Positions 63,147 through 64,000 of a stretch of DNA of 64,000 bases are shown here, piece by piece. Origin of the DNA: Podospora anserina (taxonomy: Eukaryota); NCBI GenBank assembly GCA_017654855.1, contig JAFMPO010000001.1:930001-994000 (forward strand), given 5' to 3'. Numbering within the stretch: the stretch's first letter is position 1; every line of letters begins with the position of its first letter. The notes beneath the pieces were generated by a model. That model saw nothing but the letters and a program-made list of their open reading frames with translations, did no database searches and had not been told where the DNA came from. The translations under genes were made by a program, and so were the position numbers.

Positions 63147-64000
63147 ATGATCGAAATCATGTCGTCAACAGCGCCCTCACCACCGCCTGTGCCAGAGAAG
63201 ACGCCAGTTCGACCCTATTATGCGCCTCTGGTTCCCTCCCCACTGAACCCGAAGAACTGCTTCCAAACACCCCCCCCAACATCACCACCAGGATCTCCAT
63301 CTCCCAGAACACCACCACCTAAAAGACCCAGTCTCCGCAGGCCAGCCTCCCAGACGAGCCCGACTCAGATCCTTCTTCGTCAAAAGGCCGCCGCCGCCTT
63401 TAGGTCAGAGAGCCTGATCAAGGCTTACAGCAGCAACAACAACAACAACAACAACTACATCTCCCTCGGGAGCAGTCGCCGCCACGCCAGCAGCCGGAAC
63501 CCATTCCTCAACATGATCCAGCACCAGAACCTCACAACCGCTGATACCATCGACATTCTCTATTCCCTGGATATTGACGATGATGACGACACCAACCCCA
63601 CAGGCGACCTCGGTCTGATCACGCCAGGCAACAACACCAGCAACAAGCCACTGCCGCCAGTCCCCATGCCCCCTCCTCTATTTTCGTCTTCTTCCCCAGG
63701 GCAGGACCCCAACAGCGACAGCCCACCAGAGCGAGAAGACCATCGGCTTCAAGAAAAAGATGATCTCGACCTCCTTAGTTCAACCCCCTATTACGAGGAC
63801 TACGACTACGACCACAGAGACAAGGAGGAGATCGACCTCGAGAACGGCTGTTACTTTGAGCGGGAAAGGGCAACACTACCCTCGGGAAGGACAGCCTCTT
63901 TTGACGACTCGGGAGGGAGGGGACGATCGACGCTAGGGAAGGCAAGACGCGGTGGTGGCAGTGGTGCTGAACACAGGTCAGGGGTCACAAGGCTTGTGAT
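63147..64000 (+). CDS. Pro/Ser-rich hypothetical protein, truncated by the window end
   Basis: Open frame from ATG 63147 (or 63159) to the edge: MSSTAPSPPPVPEK..VPSPLNP..poly-N..DLENG; absent from the track because no stop codon falls in the window. Confidence 0.7.
   Translation, partial: MIEIMSSTAPSPPPVPEKTPVRPYYAPLVPSPLNPKNCFQTPPPTSPPGSPSPRTPPPKRPSLRRPASQTSPTQILLRQKAAAAFRSESLIKAYSSNNNNNNNYISLGSSRRHASSRNPFLNMIQHQNLTTADTIDILYSLDIDDDDDTNPTGDLGLITPGNNTSNKPLPPVPMPPPLFSSSSPGQDPNSDSPPEREDHRLQEKDDLDLLSSTPYYEDYDYDHRDKEEIDLENGCYFERERATLPSGRTASFDDSGGRGRSTLGKARRGGGSGAEHRSGVTRLV

Noticed and set aside
1..64000. tRNA, rRNA, CRISPR, transposase/RT, secondary-metabolite cluster, NLR/het or Spok genes, cryptic PTS1 by stop readthrough
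   Set aside because: No diagnostic motifs found by eye; the post-stop frames checked gave no SKL-type ends. tRNAscan-SE and Infernal would be needed to exclude small ncRNAs

Overview
Gene-dense euchromatin from a filamentous ascomycete. Short GT..(CTRAC)..AG introns and the gene content point to Sordariales, and the style is Podospora-like, but the taxon is inferred only. About 20 protein-coding genes can be reconstructed by hand: vip1/asp1, utp21, an amino-acid permease, two hypothetical genes, csn6, a zinc polyol dehydrogenase, vps17, mitochondrial EF-G2, fox2, a TDA10-like kinase, an ECM11-domain protein, nbp35, GMF/aim7, a MoCF/FPY1-like protein, ras1, two orphan ORFs, a TOK K+ channel and a 3'-truncated ORF. 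I saw no transposon, tRNA, rRNA or CRISPR array. The best candidate for something undescribed is the convergent orphan pair between ras1 and the TOK channel. One ORF has an OTU/papain-like Cys...His motif layout; the other resembles a permuted papain-fold protein that lacks its catalytic Cys. Secondary leads are a 35-aa ORF ending in CaaX-like CQIA, a duplicated splice donor at the fox2 domain boundary, a 34-bp near-perfect palindrome, micro-exons and three stop-free 60-nt introns. All family calls come from motif recognition, not from database searches.
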